The position numbers were made by a program, and so were the translations under genes. From assembly GCA_016186115.1 (NCBI GenBank), contig JACPMK010000002.1:136983-200982 (forward strand): a stretch of 64,000 bases of DNA, written 5' to 3'. This document shows, piece after piece, positions 30,648-39,826 of the stretch. The stretch is from Candidatus Wildermuthbacteria bacterium (GTDB lineage Bacteria; Patescibacteriota; Minisyncoccia; Minisyncoccales; UBA10102). The notes beneath the pieces were generated by a model, which saw only the letters and a program-made list of their open reading frames with translations, was not told where the DNA came from and made no database searches. The number at the start of each line of letters is the position of its first letter. The first letter of the stretch is position 1.

Positions 30648-30683
30648 ATCTCCTTATAACTGCGATCGCAAGAATAAAGAGAT
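30648..30683. repeat. 36-bp imperfect palindrome, copy A
   Basis: ATCTCCTTATAACTGCGATCGCAAGAATAAAGAGAT. The core TGCGATCGCA is a perfect 10-bp palindrome, and the outer arms ATCTCCTTAT/ATAAAGAGAT are near-complementary. Confidence 0.75.
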
Positions 30684-30747
30684 AGCTAACGGAGGCATGA
30701 ACGAATAGAAGCATGAATATAAGATACAAAATCATGACATGCAAAAT

Positions 30748-31497
30748 CTAGGTACGAGTCAATACTTCGGGCCCTTTGTTTGTAATGGCAATAGTGTCTT
30801 CAAAATGGCAGGAAAGAGAATGGTCCCGGGTAACATAGCCAAAGCCATCAGATGATTGTTTGATGCGCCAATCCCCCGCCGTGATCATGGGCTCAATGCA
30901 AATCACCATGCCTTTTTTGAGTTTTGCGCCTGAATTTTCTTTACCGTAATTCAAAACCATCGGATCCTCATGAAGCGCTCTGCCAATACCATGTCCGCAA
31001 AGTTCCCGAACCACATTGTATCCTTGTTTTTCCACAAATTTCTGGATGGTATTCCCAATATTCCCAACCGTATTTCCCGGCTGCGCCTGCTGGATGCCGA
31101 GGTCAAGCGCTTTTTTTGTAGTATTTATAAAACGAACATGCGCCGGAGAAATCTTTCCTGCAGCTACGGTACGAGCCATATCGAGATAAAATCCCTTCCA
31201 GATTAATCCAATATCGAGAGTAACCATATCGCCTTCTTGAATAATTCGTTTTTCCGATGGCACGGCATGAACAATTTCATCGTTGAGACATACGCAAAGA
31301 GACGCAGGAAACCCGTCATACCCTTTGAATGCTGGTTTTGCGCCCGAATGTAAAATCAGAGCTTCTGCAGCTCTGTCGAGGGATTTGGTGCTCATGCCGG
31401 GTTGCACCATGGTAAGCAACGCATCAAGAATTTTACTCAAAATCTCGCCACCTGTACGCATTACTTCTATTTCTTGAGAACTCTTTAACGAAATCAT
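30748..31497 (-). CDS. map: type I methionine aminopeptidase
   Basis: 249-aa ORF with the MetAP pita-bread pattern (...HGIGRALHEDP...EPM...). Confidence 0.95.
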   Translation of the reverse strand: MISLKSSQEIEVMRTGGEILSKILDALLTMVQPGMSTKSLDRAAEALILHSGAKPAFKGYDGFPASLCVCLNDEIVHAVPSEKRIIQEGDMVTLDIGLIWKGFYLDMARTVAAGKISPAHVRFINTTKKALDLGIQQAQPGNTVGNIGNTIQKFVEKQGYNVVRELCGHGIGRALHEDPMVLNYGKENSGAKLKKGMVICIEPMITAGDWRIKQSSDGFGYVTRDHSLSCHFEDTIAITNKGPEVLTRT

Positions 31498-32072
31498 GGT
31501 AAAAATCTCTTCAAATGCCGGCTCATTTCTTTATGAACTTCTGCTACTGATTGTTCCCCATTTACTTCGAATAATACATTCTTTTTCCGATAGTAATCGA
31601 GCACTGGTTCTACTTCCGTACGAAACCATTGCAAACGTGTTGCAATATCGCCATTCGTATCATCAAAACGCGCCCGGCGAAGAAGCCGTTTTCTTGATTC
31701 TTCTTCTGAAATATGAATATAGCAGACGCGAAATCTGTCGGCCCATCCCAAAAGATCAAATAATTCTTCAAGCATATACGCCTCATAGAGTTTTCTGGGA
31801 TTGCCATCGAAAATCATGCCGACGGAATTTTTCTTATCACATAATTTGAGTAAGCGCGGCATCCAAAGAGAAAATACGAGAGGCGTAGGCGCCAACATAC
31901 CATGCTCCAAAGCGTTGCGAAGTTTTTTCCCTATCATATCGGGCTTTTTTGCTCTCTTTCGCAACAGTTGGCCGGTGCGGATAACCTCGAAACCTGTTTG
32001 GCGCTGTAAAATTTTCACTTGGGTCCCTTTGCCAGCGCCGGGCCTGCCGAGAATAGAAAGAAGAAAAACCAT
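31494..32072 (-). CDS. adenylate kinase-like NMP kinase (short-LID paralogue)
   Basis: 192-aa ORF with P-loop GRPGAGKGTQ, NMP-binding RTGQLLR and no zinc-LID. Confidence 0.7.
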   Translation of the reverse strand: MVFLLSILGRPGAGKGTQVKILQRQTGFEVIRTGQLLRKRAKKPDMIGKKLRNALEHGMLAPTPLVFSLWMPRLLKLCDKKNSVGMIFDGNPRKLYEAYMLEELFDLLGWADRFRVCYIHISEEESRKRLLRRARFDDTNGDIATRLQWFRTEVEPVLDYYRKKNVLFEVNGEQSVAEVHKEMSRHLKRFLP

Positions 32073-32077
32073 ATTCT

Positions 32078-32788
32078 TTACGCAATAAAATCATTAAGAA
32101 TTTTCGAGATATCCAAAAACACCTCTGCAACCGACTGCTCGGCTCTGACGGTATGAACTGGAATACCATTTTTCTTGAGGTAAGGGATTAAAGGAAGGGT
32201 CTGATTGCGAAATTCCTGAAAACGGACTTTCATTGCCTCAACATTGTCGTCAACCCGCTTGATAAGACGGGAACCGTCGAGTGGACATATGGTAAGACCT
32301 TCTGTCTCTGGATGGGAAAGAATGGGATGACGCATTAGTTCACACATTTTTCTCTGCGTATTTCTTCGGATTGATTCCTGTTCCTCAAGATCAAGATACA
32401 AAACAACAATGTGTTCTTTTCCAAATTTCTCAAGCAGGAATGGAAATACAAATTCAATCTGTTCAACGCTTCGCGGAAAGCCATCGAGTACAATACTTTC
32501 TCCCATCTGGTATACCTCCTGAATTTTTTTCTGCACAAGAAAAGAAACAAAAGGCGCCTCGCATAAAAATCCTTTGCGCTGGCGCTCGTCTTGCTCTGCA
32601 ATGACATATCGCTTGCCTTCGATCTCGATATATTCCCCTTCTTTGGCATTGCGAAATTTCTGCCCCAAAAGTTTGCTCATCTCAATGCGCACCAGCTGAT
32701 GCTGCTCTGCGATAAGCAATGTTTGCGTTCCTTTCCCTGCGCCGGGAGCTCCAAAAAAAATAAAAAGATATGGGCTAGAAAGTTTCAT
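32078..32788 (-). CDS. adk: adenylate kinase-like NMP kinase (long paralogue)
   Basis: 236-aa ORF with P-loop GAPGAGKGTQ, DGFPRSVEQ and a LID-like segment (RKMCELMRHP...CPLDGSRLIKRVDDN). It occupies the canonical position after secY. Confidence 0.7.
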   Translation of the reverse strand: MKLSSPYLFIFFGAPGAGKGTQTLLIAEQHQLVRIEMSKLLGQKFRNAKEGEYIEIEGKRYVIAEQDERQRKGFLCEAPFVSFLVQKKIQEVYQMGESIVLDGFPRSVEQIEFVFPFLLEKFGKEHIVVLYLDLEEQESIRRNTQRKMCELMRHPILSHPETEGLTICPLDGSRLIKRVDDNVEAMKVRFQEFRNQTLPLIPYLKKNGIPVHTVRAEQSVAEVFLDISKILNDFIA

Positions 32789-34061
32789 ATTCCCTCATTT
32801 TCAATTGAGCCCGCAATTGTCGTATCGTTTCAAGAACCACATTAACAACAATCAGCAGCGAAGTTCCGCCAATCAAAAATTGAAGTGTTTTGATATTGGT
32901 GAGCCCCTGTACCACAAAAGGCATCACTGCAATAATTCCCAAGAATAAAGCTCCAATCAAAAGGATGCGATTTAAAATATACGAAAGCTGGTGAGCAGTA
33001 GAAGTTCCCGGTCTCACTCCCGGGATAAATCCTCCCATTTTCTGCAGATTTGAAGATACTGACTTTGGATCGAAAGTAACTGCCGTATAGAAGAATGTGA
33101 AAATTGCAACAAGCACAAAATATAAACCTCCGTAAATCCAAGTATTCGACAAGACATGTTGAAATGAGTTTGCAAGATTGCCTGCAAATCCTGAGGAATT
33201 CTGAAGAAAACTCGCGATCATACCGGGGAAAGAAAGAAGAGACAATGCAAAAATAATAGGGATAACGCCTGCAGGATTGATACTCAAAGGCAGATAGGTT
33301 GACACACCCCCGTACATTTTATTTCCTCGTACTCTTTTGGCATAAGACACAGGAATATTCCTTCTTGCCTGACTTATAAAGATGACTCCCGCAATAATAA
33401 CCAGCGACATGACGAAGAAAAGGATCACGTTTCGTATTTGAGCGGGATCATCTTGAATATTGACAAATATCTGTTGCATATTCGAAGGGAAACTCGCAAC
33501 GATACCCGCAAAAATAAGTAATGAGACCCCATTCCCTATGCCCTTTTCTGAAATAAGTTCTCCCAACCACATGAGAAGGACGGTGCCTGCTGTTATCACG
33601 GCCAAGGTAATGCCATAATCAAAAGCGCCAAGCCCTCCCATAACTCCGCTCTGACGGGAAAGAAACGTGAGAAATCCGTATCCCTGAAGCAAGGCGAATG
33701 GAACGGTTAATATTCTTCCATATTGATTAAACTTTTGTCTTCCCTGCTCCCCTTCTTCTTTATACATTCGTTCCAGGGCGGGAAATATCATTGTGAGCAA
33801 CTGCAGTATAATCACCGCGGTAATATAGGGACCTAGTCCAAGCATCACGATAGAAAAATTATCCATTGCCCCGCCGGTCAGCAAATTCAAAAGTCCAAGC
33901 AACTGATTTTGGGCAAAGATATTCTTCAACGCTTCAGCGTCGATTCCGGGAATTGGTATATTCGCCAATAGACGAAACAAAATAAAAACTCCCAATATAA
34001 AAAGGATTTTATTGCGCAATTCTGTTATCTTAAAAATTTGAATAAGCCACTGATACCACAT
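32775..34061 (-). CDS. secY: preprotein translocase subunit SecY
   Basis: 428-aa polytopic ORF at the end of the spc cluster. Confidence 0.95.
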   Translation of the reverse strand: MWYQWLIQIFKITELRNKILFILGVFILFRLLANIPIPGIDAEALKNIFAQNQLLGLLNLLTGGAMDNFSIVMLGLGPYITAVIILQLLTMIFPALERMYKEEGEQGRQKFNQYGRILTVPFALLQGYGFLTFLSRQSGVMGGLGAFDYGITLAVITAGTVLLMWLGELISEKGIGNGVSLLIFAGIVASFPSNMQQIFVNIQDDPAQIRNVILFFVMSLVIIAGVIFISQARRNIPVSYAKRVRGNKMYGGVSTYLPLSINPAGVIPIIFALSLLSFPGMIASFLQNSSGFAGNLANSFQHVLSNTWIYGGLYFVLVAIFTFFYTAVTFDPKSVSSNLQKMGGFIPGVRPGTSTAHQLSYILNRILLIGALFLGIIAVMPFVVQGLTNIKTLQFLIGGTSLLIVVNVVLETIRQLRAQLKMREYETF

Positions 34062-34066
34062 ACTGT

Positions 34067-34498
34067 TTACTCAATGGTGCCGCCGGCTTTCTCAATTTTC
34101 TCTTTGGCGCTTGCCGAAACGCTGCAACCCTTAATAGATAATGCTTTTTTTATGCCGCCTTTGCCCAGAATCTTTATTGCTGGCGTTCCCTTTCCAGAAA
34201 CCCGTACAACACTTTTTTCAATCAAAAGCTGGGGGGTAACGGTCGTGCCCGCGTCAAAATGCTTTTGCAAAGCGTCGAGGTTGATAACCGTCTTTTTCTC
34301 TCCTTGCTTATGGGATCGGGAGCCGCGTATTTTGGGATAGCGCTTGATCAATTCCCTAATAACGGGCTTAAATTCTGTTCCCGTTCTTGCATTCTGCCCC
34401 TTAAGGCCGCGGCCGGAATACGTTCCCTTCTTTCCTCCTCTGCCTATACGCTTTCGTTTTTTTTGCTGATGAATGGGATGAATTTCGTGAAACTGCAT
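34067..34498 (-). CDS. rplO: 50S ribosomal protein L15
   Basis: 143-aa ORF containing KRIGRGGKKGTYSGRGLKGQ. Confidence 0.9.
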   Translation of the reverse strand: MQFHEIHPIHQQKKRKRIGRGGKKGTYSGRGLKGQNARTGTEFKPVIRELIKRYPKIRGSRSHKQGEKKTVINLDALQKHFDAGTTVTPQLLIEKSVVRVSGKGTPAIKILGKGGIKKALSIKGCSVSASAKEKIEKAGGTIE

Positions 34499-34507
34499 AT
34501 AAAAGAA

Positions 34508-34981
34508 TTACGATTGCTGTTCTTTTTTCACATGAAGCTTTTTGAGCGCCTGTATGGTTGCGATCGCGTTATTCAATTTATTGTGAGACCGGGTAAGAAA
34601 TTTTCCAGAGATATTCCGAATCCCGGCTTTTTCACAAATAATTCGTGCTGCTCCTCCTGCCACAATTCCTCTTCCTGTACGCTGGGGGCGCAATAATATA
34701 TGGGATGCGCCAAACTTTGCCTCAACTTCATGAGGAATGGTCTCGCCTGCGATGGGAACCTGAATAAGATTTTTCTTGCCTTGATTCGTTGCTTTTTGAA
34801 TTGCCTGAGCTACGTCTTTTCCTTTCGCTACGCCAACTCCGACCCGTCCCTTTTTATCTCCAAGGACTACAACTACACGGAAGCTTAAATGCTTTCCTCC
34901 TGCAGCCACACGCGTTACCCGCGCGATATCAAGAAGTTTTGAATCGAATTCTGATGGTTGTCTTGTTCTAAAATCTCTCAT
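34508..34981 (-). CDS. rpsE: 30S ribosomal protein S5
   Basis: 157-aa ORF with the S5 pattern. It is directly adjacent to rplO, with no L30 gene between them. Confidence 0.9.
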   Translation of the reverse strand: MRDFRTRQPSEFDSKLLDIARVTRVAAGGKHLSFRVVVVLGDKKGRVGVGVAKGKDVAQAIQKATNQGKKNLIQVPIAGETIPHEVEAKFGASHILLRPQRTGRGIVAGGAARIICEKAGIRNISGKFLTRSHNKLNNAIATIQALKKLHVKKEQQS

Positions 34982-35004
34982 ATCGATAGAACATTATATC
35001 CAGA

Positions 35005-35352
35005 TTATACCTGAAGACCGCCCTCTCGTATTCCCTCGGCAATCGCCTTTACTCTGCCATGATAGGCATATCCGCTTCGATCAAACACGGCTTGAGCGAT
35101 ATGTTTCTCCTGCGCTTTTTTCGCAGCAATAAGTCCTAGCTGACGCGCTTTCTCAATTGGGGTGCCGTTCTCAAGCTCCTTATCGGAAGCGCTCACCAAC
35201 GTCTGTCCCTTCGTATCATCGATAAACTGCACGTATAAATGCTGATGAGACCGGAACACAGCAATGCGCGGGCGAATTTCGCTACCCGATATCTTTGCCC
35301 TTATTCTCTGCTGTCTCCTTTTTCGTAATGCTTGTTTGGTACGTTGTTTCAT
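35005..35352 (-). CDS. rplR: 50S ribosomal protein L18
   Basis: I placed the start at ATG 35352 ([13 protein letters not shown]...) to avoid overlapping rplF. The alternative start is 35385. Confidence 0.85.
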   Translation of the reverse strand: MKQRTKQALRKRRQQRIRAKISGSEIRPRIAVFRSHQHLYVQFIDDTKGQTLVSASDKELENGTPIEKARQLGLIAAKKAQEKHIAQAVFDRSGYAYHGRVKAIAEGIREGGLQV

Positions 35353-35356
35353 ATCT

Positions 35357-35932
35357 TTATGCTCCCGTTGCTCCTGCTGCCGCAACTTTCTTTCCTGCCT
35401 TTTTCTTTACGATCTCTCCCTGATAACGAATGCCTTTGCCCTTGTAGGGCTCTACCTTACGAGCTGCCCGTATTCGGGCAGCATACTCTCCTACCTGTTC
35501 CTTATTAATCCCGGAAACAGTAATAATATTCTCATTGACTGAAAATTGGATTCCATCCGGAGCTTTAATCTTTACCAGATGACTATACCCAACATGCAAA
35601 ACCAGAACATCTCCTTCTACCTGTGCACGGAATCCCACGCCCTGAATCTCAAGCTTCTTTTCGTATCCCACCGTTACGCCCTTCACCATATTTGCCACCA
35701 CTGCCCGGGTTGTTCCCCATAAGGCGCGCACTTCCTTGGGTAATGTCTCTTGGTTTTGTTCTTTCCGACGAGGCACAACAACAATTTCAGAATCATGCTT
35801 TGTAACCTCTACCAATGGATGGATGCGAAAATCGATCGCTCCCTTGGGGCCTTTTACCTTAAGAATGTCGCCCTCGACAGCAATATCTACCCCTGCTGGA
35901 ATTTCAATTGGTTTTTTGCCTATTCGTGACAT
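35357..35932 (-). CDS. rplF: 50S ribosomal protein L6
   Basis: I placed the start at ATG 35932 ([15 protein letters not shown]). The longer ORF overlaps rpsH. Confidence 0.9.
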   Translation of the reverse strand: MSRIGKKPIEIPAGVDIAVEGDILKVKGPKGAIDFRIHPLVEVTKHDSEIVVVPRRKEQNQETLPKEVRALWGTTRAVVANMVKGVTVGYEKKLEIQGVGFRAQVEGDVLVLHVGYSHLVKIKAPDGIQFSVNENIITVSGINKEQVGEYAARIRAARKVEPYKGKGIRYQGEIVKKKAGKKVAAAGATGA

Positions 35933-35948
35933 AGTGAGCGTAGCCGAA

Positions 35949-36338
35949 CTACCAAACTTCGCAAAGTATTTCTCCTCCCACATGCTGTTTTCTTGCCTCC
36001 CGATTGGTCATCAATCCTTTGGAGGTAGAAATGACCGCGATTCCAAATCCGCTTCGTACCATTCTTTGAGACCTTGCGGACGCATATCTTCTTTGGGCGG
36101 GCTTGGAAACTCTGCGTACCCCGGAAATAGAAGGAGCATTGTCTTGATATTTCAACTCGATTTCAATAATTTTTTTTGTTTTTCTTCCTTTAAAATCTAC
36201 TTTTTTTACAAAGCCGTTTTGCTCTAAGATTTTTGCGATTCCATAATTCAGCTGCGAAAAAGGAACCTCAACCACATCCTTTTTTTGGATTTGGGCATTA
36301 TATATTCGGTTAAGCATGTCTGCAATAGGGTCAACCAT
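35949..36338 (-). CDS. rpsH: 30S ribosomal protein S8
   Basis: 129-aa ORF starting MVDPIADMLNRIYNAQ. Confidence 0.95.
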   Translation of the reverse strand: MVDPIADMLNRIYNAQIQKKDVVEVPFSQLNYGIAKILEQNGFVKKVDFKGRKTKKIIEIELKYQDNAPSISGVRRVSKPAQRRYASARSQRMVRSGFGIAVISTSKGLMTNREARKQHVGGEILCEVW

Positions 36339-36354
36339 AGTGATCGTAAGCGAA

Positions 36355-36540
36355 CTACCAAGATGATTTCCTGACGCCGGGGATCAAACCTTTGTTTGCC
36401 ATTTCCCTAAAACAAATTCTGCACAATGCAAAGTCCCTCATGAAACCGCGCTTTCTTCCGCAGCGGAAACAGCGTCGAACAAGACGCGAACGGAATTTCG
36501 GTTTTTTCTTTGATTTTTCTATTTTTGCGACTGTTGCCAT
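36355..36540 (-). CDS. rpsN: 30S ribosomal protein S14, zinc-binding type Z
   Basis: 61-aa ORF with CFRCGR...CRIC. Confidence 0.9.
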   Translation of the reverse strand: MATVAKIEKSKKKPKFRSRLVRRCFRCGRKRGFMRDFALCRICFREMANKGLIPGVRKSSW

Positions 36541-36573
36541 ATATTTAAAATTCGAAATCCGAAATACGAAATA

Positions 36574-37101
36574 TCACTTCATAGGAAAACCGAGTGATTT
36601 AAATAACTCGACTCCCTCTTCTTTTGTCTGTGCCGTGGTGGCAATGGTCACTTCCAATCCCATGATATTTTTTATTTTCTCGGGAGTTATCTCGGGAAAG
36701 AAAATCTGCTCTCGTATTCCTATCGTGAGATTCCCTTGCTGATCGACAGCGGAAACAGGAATACCCTGAAAATCACGCGAACGGGGCAATACGATATGAA
36801 CGAGCCGATCGAGAAAATCATACATCCGCTTTCCGCGCAGCGTTACCTTGACTCCAATGGGCATGCCCTTTCGAATCTTAAATCCTGCGATCGATTTTTT
36901 TGCGGATGTTGTTACGGCTTTTTGACCGGAAAGCATGCTCAATGTATCCACTGCCTCACTGGTAATCTTTCGCTGCTCATCGGAAGTTTTCCCGGACAGT
37001 AATCTCCCAAAACTTGTATTCACCACCACCTTCGTAATTTTCGGCACTGCCATTAAGGTTTTAGATTTTTCAGATAATTTTATCATACGATATTTAAACA
37101 A
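36574..37101 (-). CDS. rplE: 50S ribosomal protein L5
   Basis: 175-aa ORF with the L5 pattern. An alternative start lies at 37086. Confidence 0.9.
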   Translation of the reverse strand: MFKYRMIKLSEKSKTLMAVPKITKVVVNTSFGRLLSGKTSDEQRKITSEAVDTLSMLSGQKAVTTSAKKSIAGFKIRKGMPIGVKVTLRGKRMYDFLDRLVHIVLPRSRDFQGIPVSAVDQQGNLTIGIREQIFFPEITPEKIKNIMGLEVTIATTAQTKEEGVELFKSLGFPMK

Positions 37102-37402
37102 TCTCTCCGCTGCATTCTTTGCAGATACGATACTTCTTTTCGCCCTCCAGTTTATATCCTACCCGAACCGGTTTTCCGCATTTAGGACAAATCAGCTTGA
37201 CATTGGAAACATGGAGAGGAGCAGGCAATGCCACAATCTGCCCCTTTTCCCCTGCTCTCTTGGGACGCACATGCTTTTTTCTGGCATTGATTCCCTCTAC
37301 AATAACCCCTTCCCTGCCGGGCAGGATTTTGATCACTTTTCCTTTCTTCCCCCTCTCTTTTCCCGCAAGAATCAATACGGTATCGCCTTTCTTTATTTTC
37401 AT
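37094..37402 (-). CDS. rplX: 50S ribosomal protein L24 with C-terminal zinc ribbon
   Basis: 102-aa ORF. A KOW motif ([23 protein letters not shown]) is followed by CPKCGK...CKEC. Confidence 0.9.
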   Translation of the reverse strand: MKIKKGDTVLILAGKERGKKGKVIKILPGREGVIVEGINARKKHVRPKRAGEKGQIVALPAPLHVSNVKLICPKCGKPVRVGYKLEGEKKYRICKECSGEIV

Positions 37403-37767
37403 AAAACCTCCGGTGCTAATGTTGCAATTCTCGTAAATCCTTTTTCCCGTATTTCCCGCGGAATCGGACCAAAAATACGTCCGCCCTTTGGCTCCTTTTC
37501 TTTTTCTAAAATCACGGCAGCATTATCATCGAATCGAATGTAAGAACCATCTGCCCTTCGGAATGGCTTTGCCTGACGCACCACTACTGCTTTTACAACT
37601 TCGTGCTTTTTTACAAGACGACGGGGTTCTGCTTCCTTGACCGCGGCCACGACCACATCTCCAATTTGGGCATACCGCTTGCGGCTTCCGCCCAACACAT
37701 GAAAACACTGGATAATTTTTGCTCCGGTGTTGTCTGCCACTATAAGATTGGTGCGTAGTTGAATCAT
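37399..37767 (-). CDS. rplN: 50S ribosomal protein L14
   Basis: Start at ATG 37767 ([17 protein letters not shown]). It has an ATGA overlap with the rpsQ stop. Confidence 0.95.
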   Translation of the reverse strand: MIQLRTNLIVADNTGAKIIQCFHVLGGSRKRYAQIGDVVVAAVKEAEPRRLVKKHEVVKAVVVRQAKPFRRADGSYIRFDDNAAVILEKEKEPKGGRIFGPIPREIREKGFTRIATLAPEVL

Positions 37768-37997
37768 ATTTTCTTTATCACCCTCCAACGCTTCTCTTTG
37801 CTTTGCGGCCTTGTCTCTTCAATCATTACGGTATCCCCTACCTTATACTCTTTTTTCTCATCGTGCGCCTTATAATTTTTGTGGGTTTTGACGCGCCGAA
37901 GATACTTGGGATGCGTAACCCATCGTTCCACCCGTACCGCAATGGTCTTATCCATTTTATCAGATATCACTTGTCCAACCATGACTCGTTTTGGCAT
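37764..37997 (-). CDS. rpsQ: 30S ribosomal protein S17
   Basis: Start at ATG 37997 ([21 protein letters not shown]). Confidence 0.9.
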   Translation of the reverse strand: MPKRVMVGQVISDKMDKTIAVRVERWVTHPKYLRRVKTHKNYKAHDEKKEYKVGDTVMIEETRPQSKEKRWRVIKKI

Positions 37998-38001
37998 ACA
38001 T

Positions 38002-38199
38002 TTATGCTGATTTGGTTTCCTGCATTTTTGCAAGGGTATAAATCCTTGCAATTGTTTTCCGTATTGCGCGGATTTCCTTAATATTCTTTACTTTTCCCGC
38101 TGCTAAATCAAAACGGAGCTGCTGAAGCTTTGCCCGCTGTTCTTTCAGGAGTTGCGACAATTCTTGCTTTGATTTCTTTTGTAATTCAGCTGTCTCCAT
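38002..38199 (-). CDS. rpmC: 50S ribosomal protein L29
   Basis: The start is probably ATG 38199 (METAELQKKSKQEL). The ORF extends to 38211. Confidence 0.85.
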   Translation of the reverse strand: METAELQKKSKQELSQLLKEQRAKLQQLRFDLAAGKVKNIKEIRAIRKTIARIYTLAKMQETKSA

Positions 38200-38214
38200 A
38201 CAATACATCAAATA

Positions 38215-38619
38215 TTACACTTTGACAAATTTAGTAGCAACGGGAAGCTTTGATGCTGCTTGACGCAATGCTTCTTTCGCCACGTCTTCGCGCAACCCCT
38301 CCACTTCGAAAATCATTCTTCCGGGCCTGACGGGAAAGGCATAATGATCAGGACTGCCCTTGCCGCCTCCCATTGGCATTTCTGATCCCTTGGTCGTAAT
38401 CGGTTTGTCTGGAAACAAACGAATCCAAACTTTCCCCCCTTTTCTCAAATAGCGGATAATCACCCTCCGCGCTGCCTCAAGTTGACGGGCAGAAAGCCAA
38501 TGCGTGCCCATCGCTTTTAAACCATAACTGCCGAATGCCAAATCAGTCGCTCGTATCTCAATACCCTTGGAGCGCCCCTTCTGCCATTTTCTATGTTTTA
38601 CCTTTCGAGGAGCAAGCAT
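38215..38619 (-). CDS. rplP: 50S ribosomal protein L16
   Basis: 134-aa ORF starting MLAPRKVKHRKWQKGR. Confidence 0.95.
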   Translation of the reverse strand: MLAPRKVKHRKWQKGRSKGIEIRATDLAFGSYGLKAMGTHWLSARQLEAARRVIIRYLRKGGKVWIRLFPDKPITTKGSEMPMGGGKGSPDHYAFPVRPGRMIFEVEGLREDVAKEALRQAASKLPVATKFVKV

Positions 38620-38622
38620 ACA

Positions 38623-39282
38623 TTATTCAAAGGTTTCACCCTTATAAAGCCAGACCTTGATTCCAATCGTCCCGTAGGTTGTTTGAGCTTCATGAATCAC
38701 GAAATCAATTTGCGAACGCAACGTTTGCAGCGGAAGTCGTCCCTCGCGCATAGTTTCGCGGCGCGCAATTTCAGCTCCTCCAAGCCGGCCAGCAATTTCA
38801 ACCTTAACTCCTTTGATGGCTTTATTCGACATTACTTTTGCAATCGCCTGTTTCAAAACGCGTCGGAAAGGCACACGCTTCTCGAGCTGCTGAGCAATCC
38901 ACTGCGCAGTAAGCGCTGCTGATTCCCACGGATTTTTTATTTCTCTGATTTCCAGATGCACCTCACGCGTCAGTGATCCTTTGGGCAAAGCCCCGAGCAG
39001 TATTCTTAAAATGCCCTTGCGGAGTTCCTCTACGCCGGAGCCCCCACGCCCGATAATAAGTCCCGGACGGGCAGTATGAATAATGACCATGACTTTACCA
39101 GAAAATCGCTCAATCTCAATAGCTTCGATGGCGCTGTCTTTAAGCTTTCGTTCCAAATACTCGCGGATCAAAAAATCCTCACGCAACGTTTGAACATACG
39201 CATGCTTTTTTCGTATCCAGCGCGAACTCCAATCCTGTGTATAGCGCAATCGAAATCCTTTTGGATGAACTTTGTGAGCCAT
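38623..39282 (-). CDS. rpsC: 30S ribosomal protein S3
   Basis: 219-aa ORF starting MAHKVHPKGFRL, with a KH domain. Confidence 0.95.
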   Translation of the reverse strand: MAHKVHPKGFRLRYTQDWSSRWIRKKHAYVQTLREDFLIREYLERKLKDSAIEAIEIERFSGKVMVIIHTARPGLIIGRGGSGVEELRKGILRILLGALPKGSLTREVHLEIREIKNPWESAALTAQWIAQQLEKRVPFRRVLKQAIAKVMSNKAIKGVKVEIAGRLGGAEIARRETMREGRLPLQTLRSQIDFVIHEAQTTYGTIGIKVWLYKGETFE

Positions 39283-39295
39283 ATCTTTGAAAATT

Positions 39296-39811
39296 CTAAA
39301 TCGCTTTTCTTTGGAATATTTTGGTTATTCCTTTACGGCCAACCGGTTTCTGCGCCGTTTCTCTCTCACGAAAGCGCTTTGCTTGGTTTTTCGGAACGCT
39401 TTCATTTTTCTGTGACACCTCTTCTTTTTCCTTCTCGCGCTTCTCCGTATCAATACTCTTTATTTCTTTCTTTCCAGATTCAATCTCATCTAACTCAATA
39501 GTAATATGGGATACTTTCTTTTGAATGGGATAGGCCGCTCCCCGTGCTCGCGGCCGAAAACGTTTCAATTTTGGCCCATCATCTACGACAATTTTCGAAA
39601 TATAGAGATTATCTTCTTCGATTCCCTGATTATTCTTTGCAGAAACGACTGCAGAGTGCAAGGTTTTTAATACCGGCTCTGCTCCTCGTTTAATCAAGAA
39701 ACGCAAAAGCATCCGGGCTTCCGGAACCCGTTTTCCACGGATCACATCTGCTACCATGCGAACCTTCCTGGCAGAAATTCTTAGATATTGAAGTCGTGCG
39801 ATTGCTTTCAT
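39296..39811 (-). CDS. rplV: 50S ribosomal protein L22 with long K/E-rich C-terminal extension
   Basis: 171-aa ORF. The L22 core is followed by about 60 extra residues. Confidence 0.9.
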   Translation of the reverse strand: MKAIARLQYLRISARKVRMVADVIRGKRVPEARMLLRFLIKRGAEPVLKTLHSAVVSAKNNQGIEEDNLYISKIVVDDGPKLKRFRPRARGAAYPIQKKVSHITIELDEIESGKKEIKSIDTEKREKEKEEVSQKNESVPKNQAKRFRERETAQKPVGRKGITKIFQRKAI

Positions 39812-39826
39812 AGATATTTCTTATCG

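Noticed and set aside
30661-30670. GCGATCGC core as cyanobacterial HIP1
   Set aside because: The 8-mer is identical to HIP1, but I noticed only a handful of copies (two in the repeat element and one inside rpsE at 34560-34567). Gene content is not cyanobacterial. The resemblance is probably coincidental.
30005-30683. Interpretation of repeat copies C and A as terminal inverted repeats of a mobile element carrying the PaaX-like gene
   Set aside because: Each copy is itself a palindrome, so their inverted orientation is not informative. I saw no transposase or integrase and no target-site duplication. I kept it as a repeat/operator hypothesis rather than a mobile-element call.
30690-30707. Mini-ORF GGAGGcATGAACGAATAG (M-N-E-stop) on the plus strand next to repeat copy A
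   Set aside because: It has only three codons, sits on the strand opposite all neighbouring transcription, and has no equivalent at copy B.
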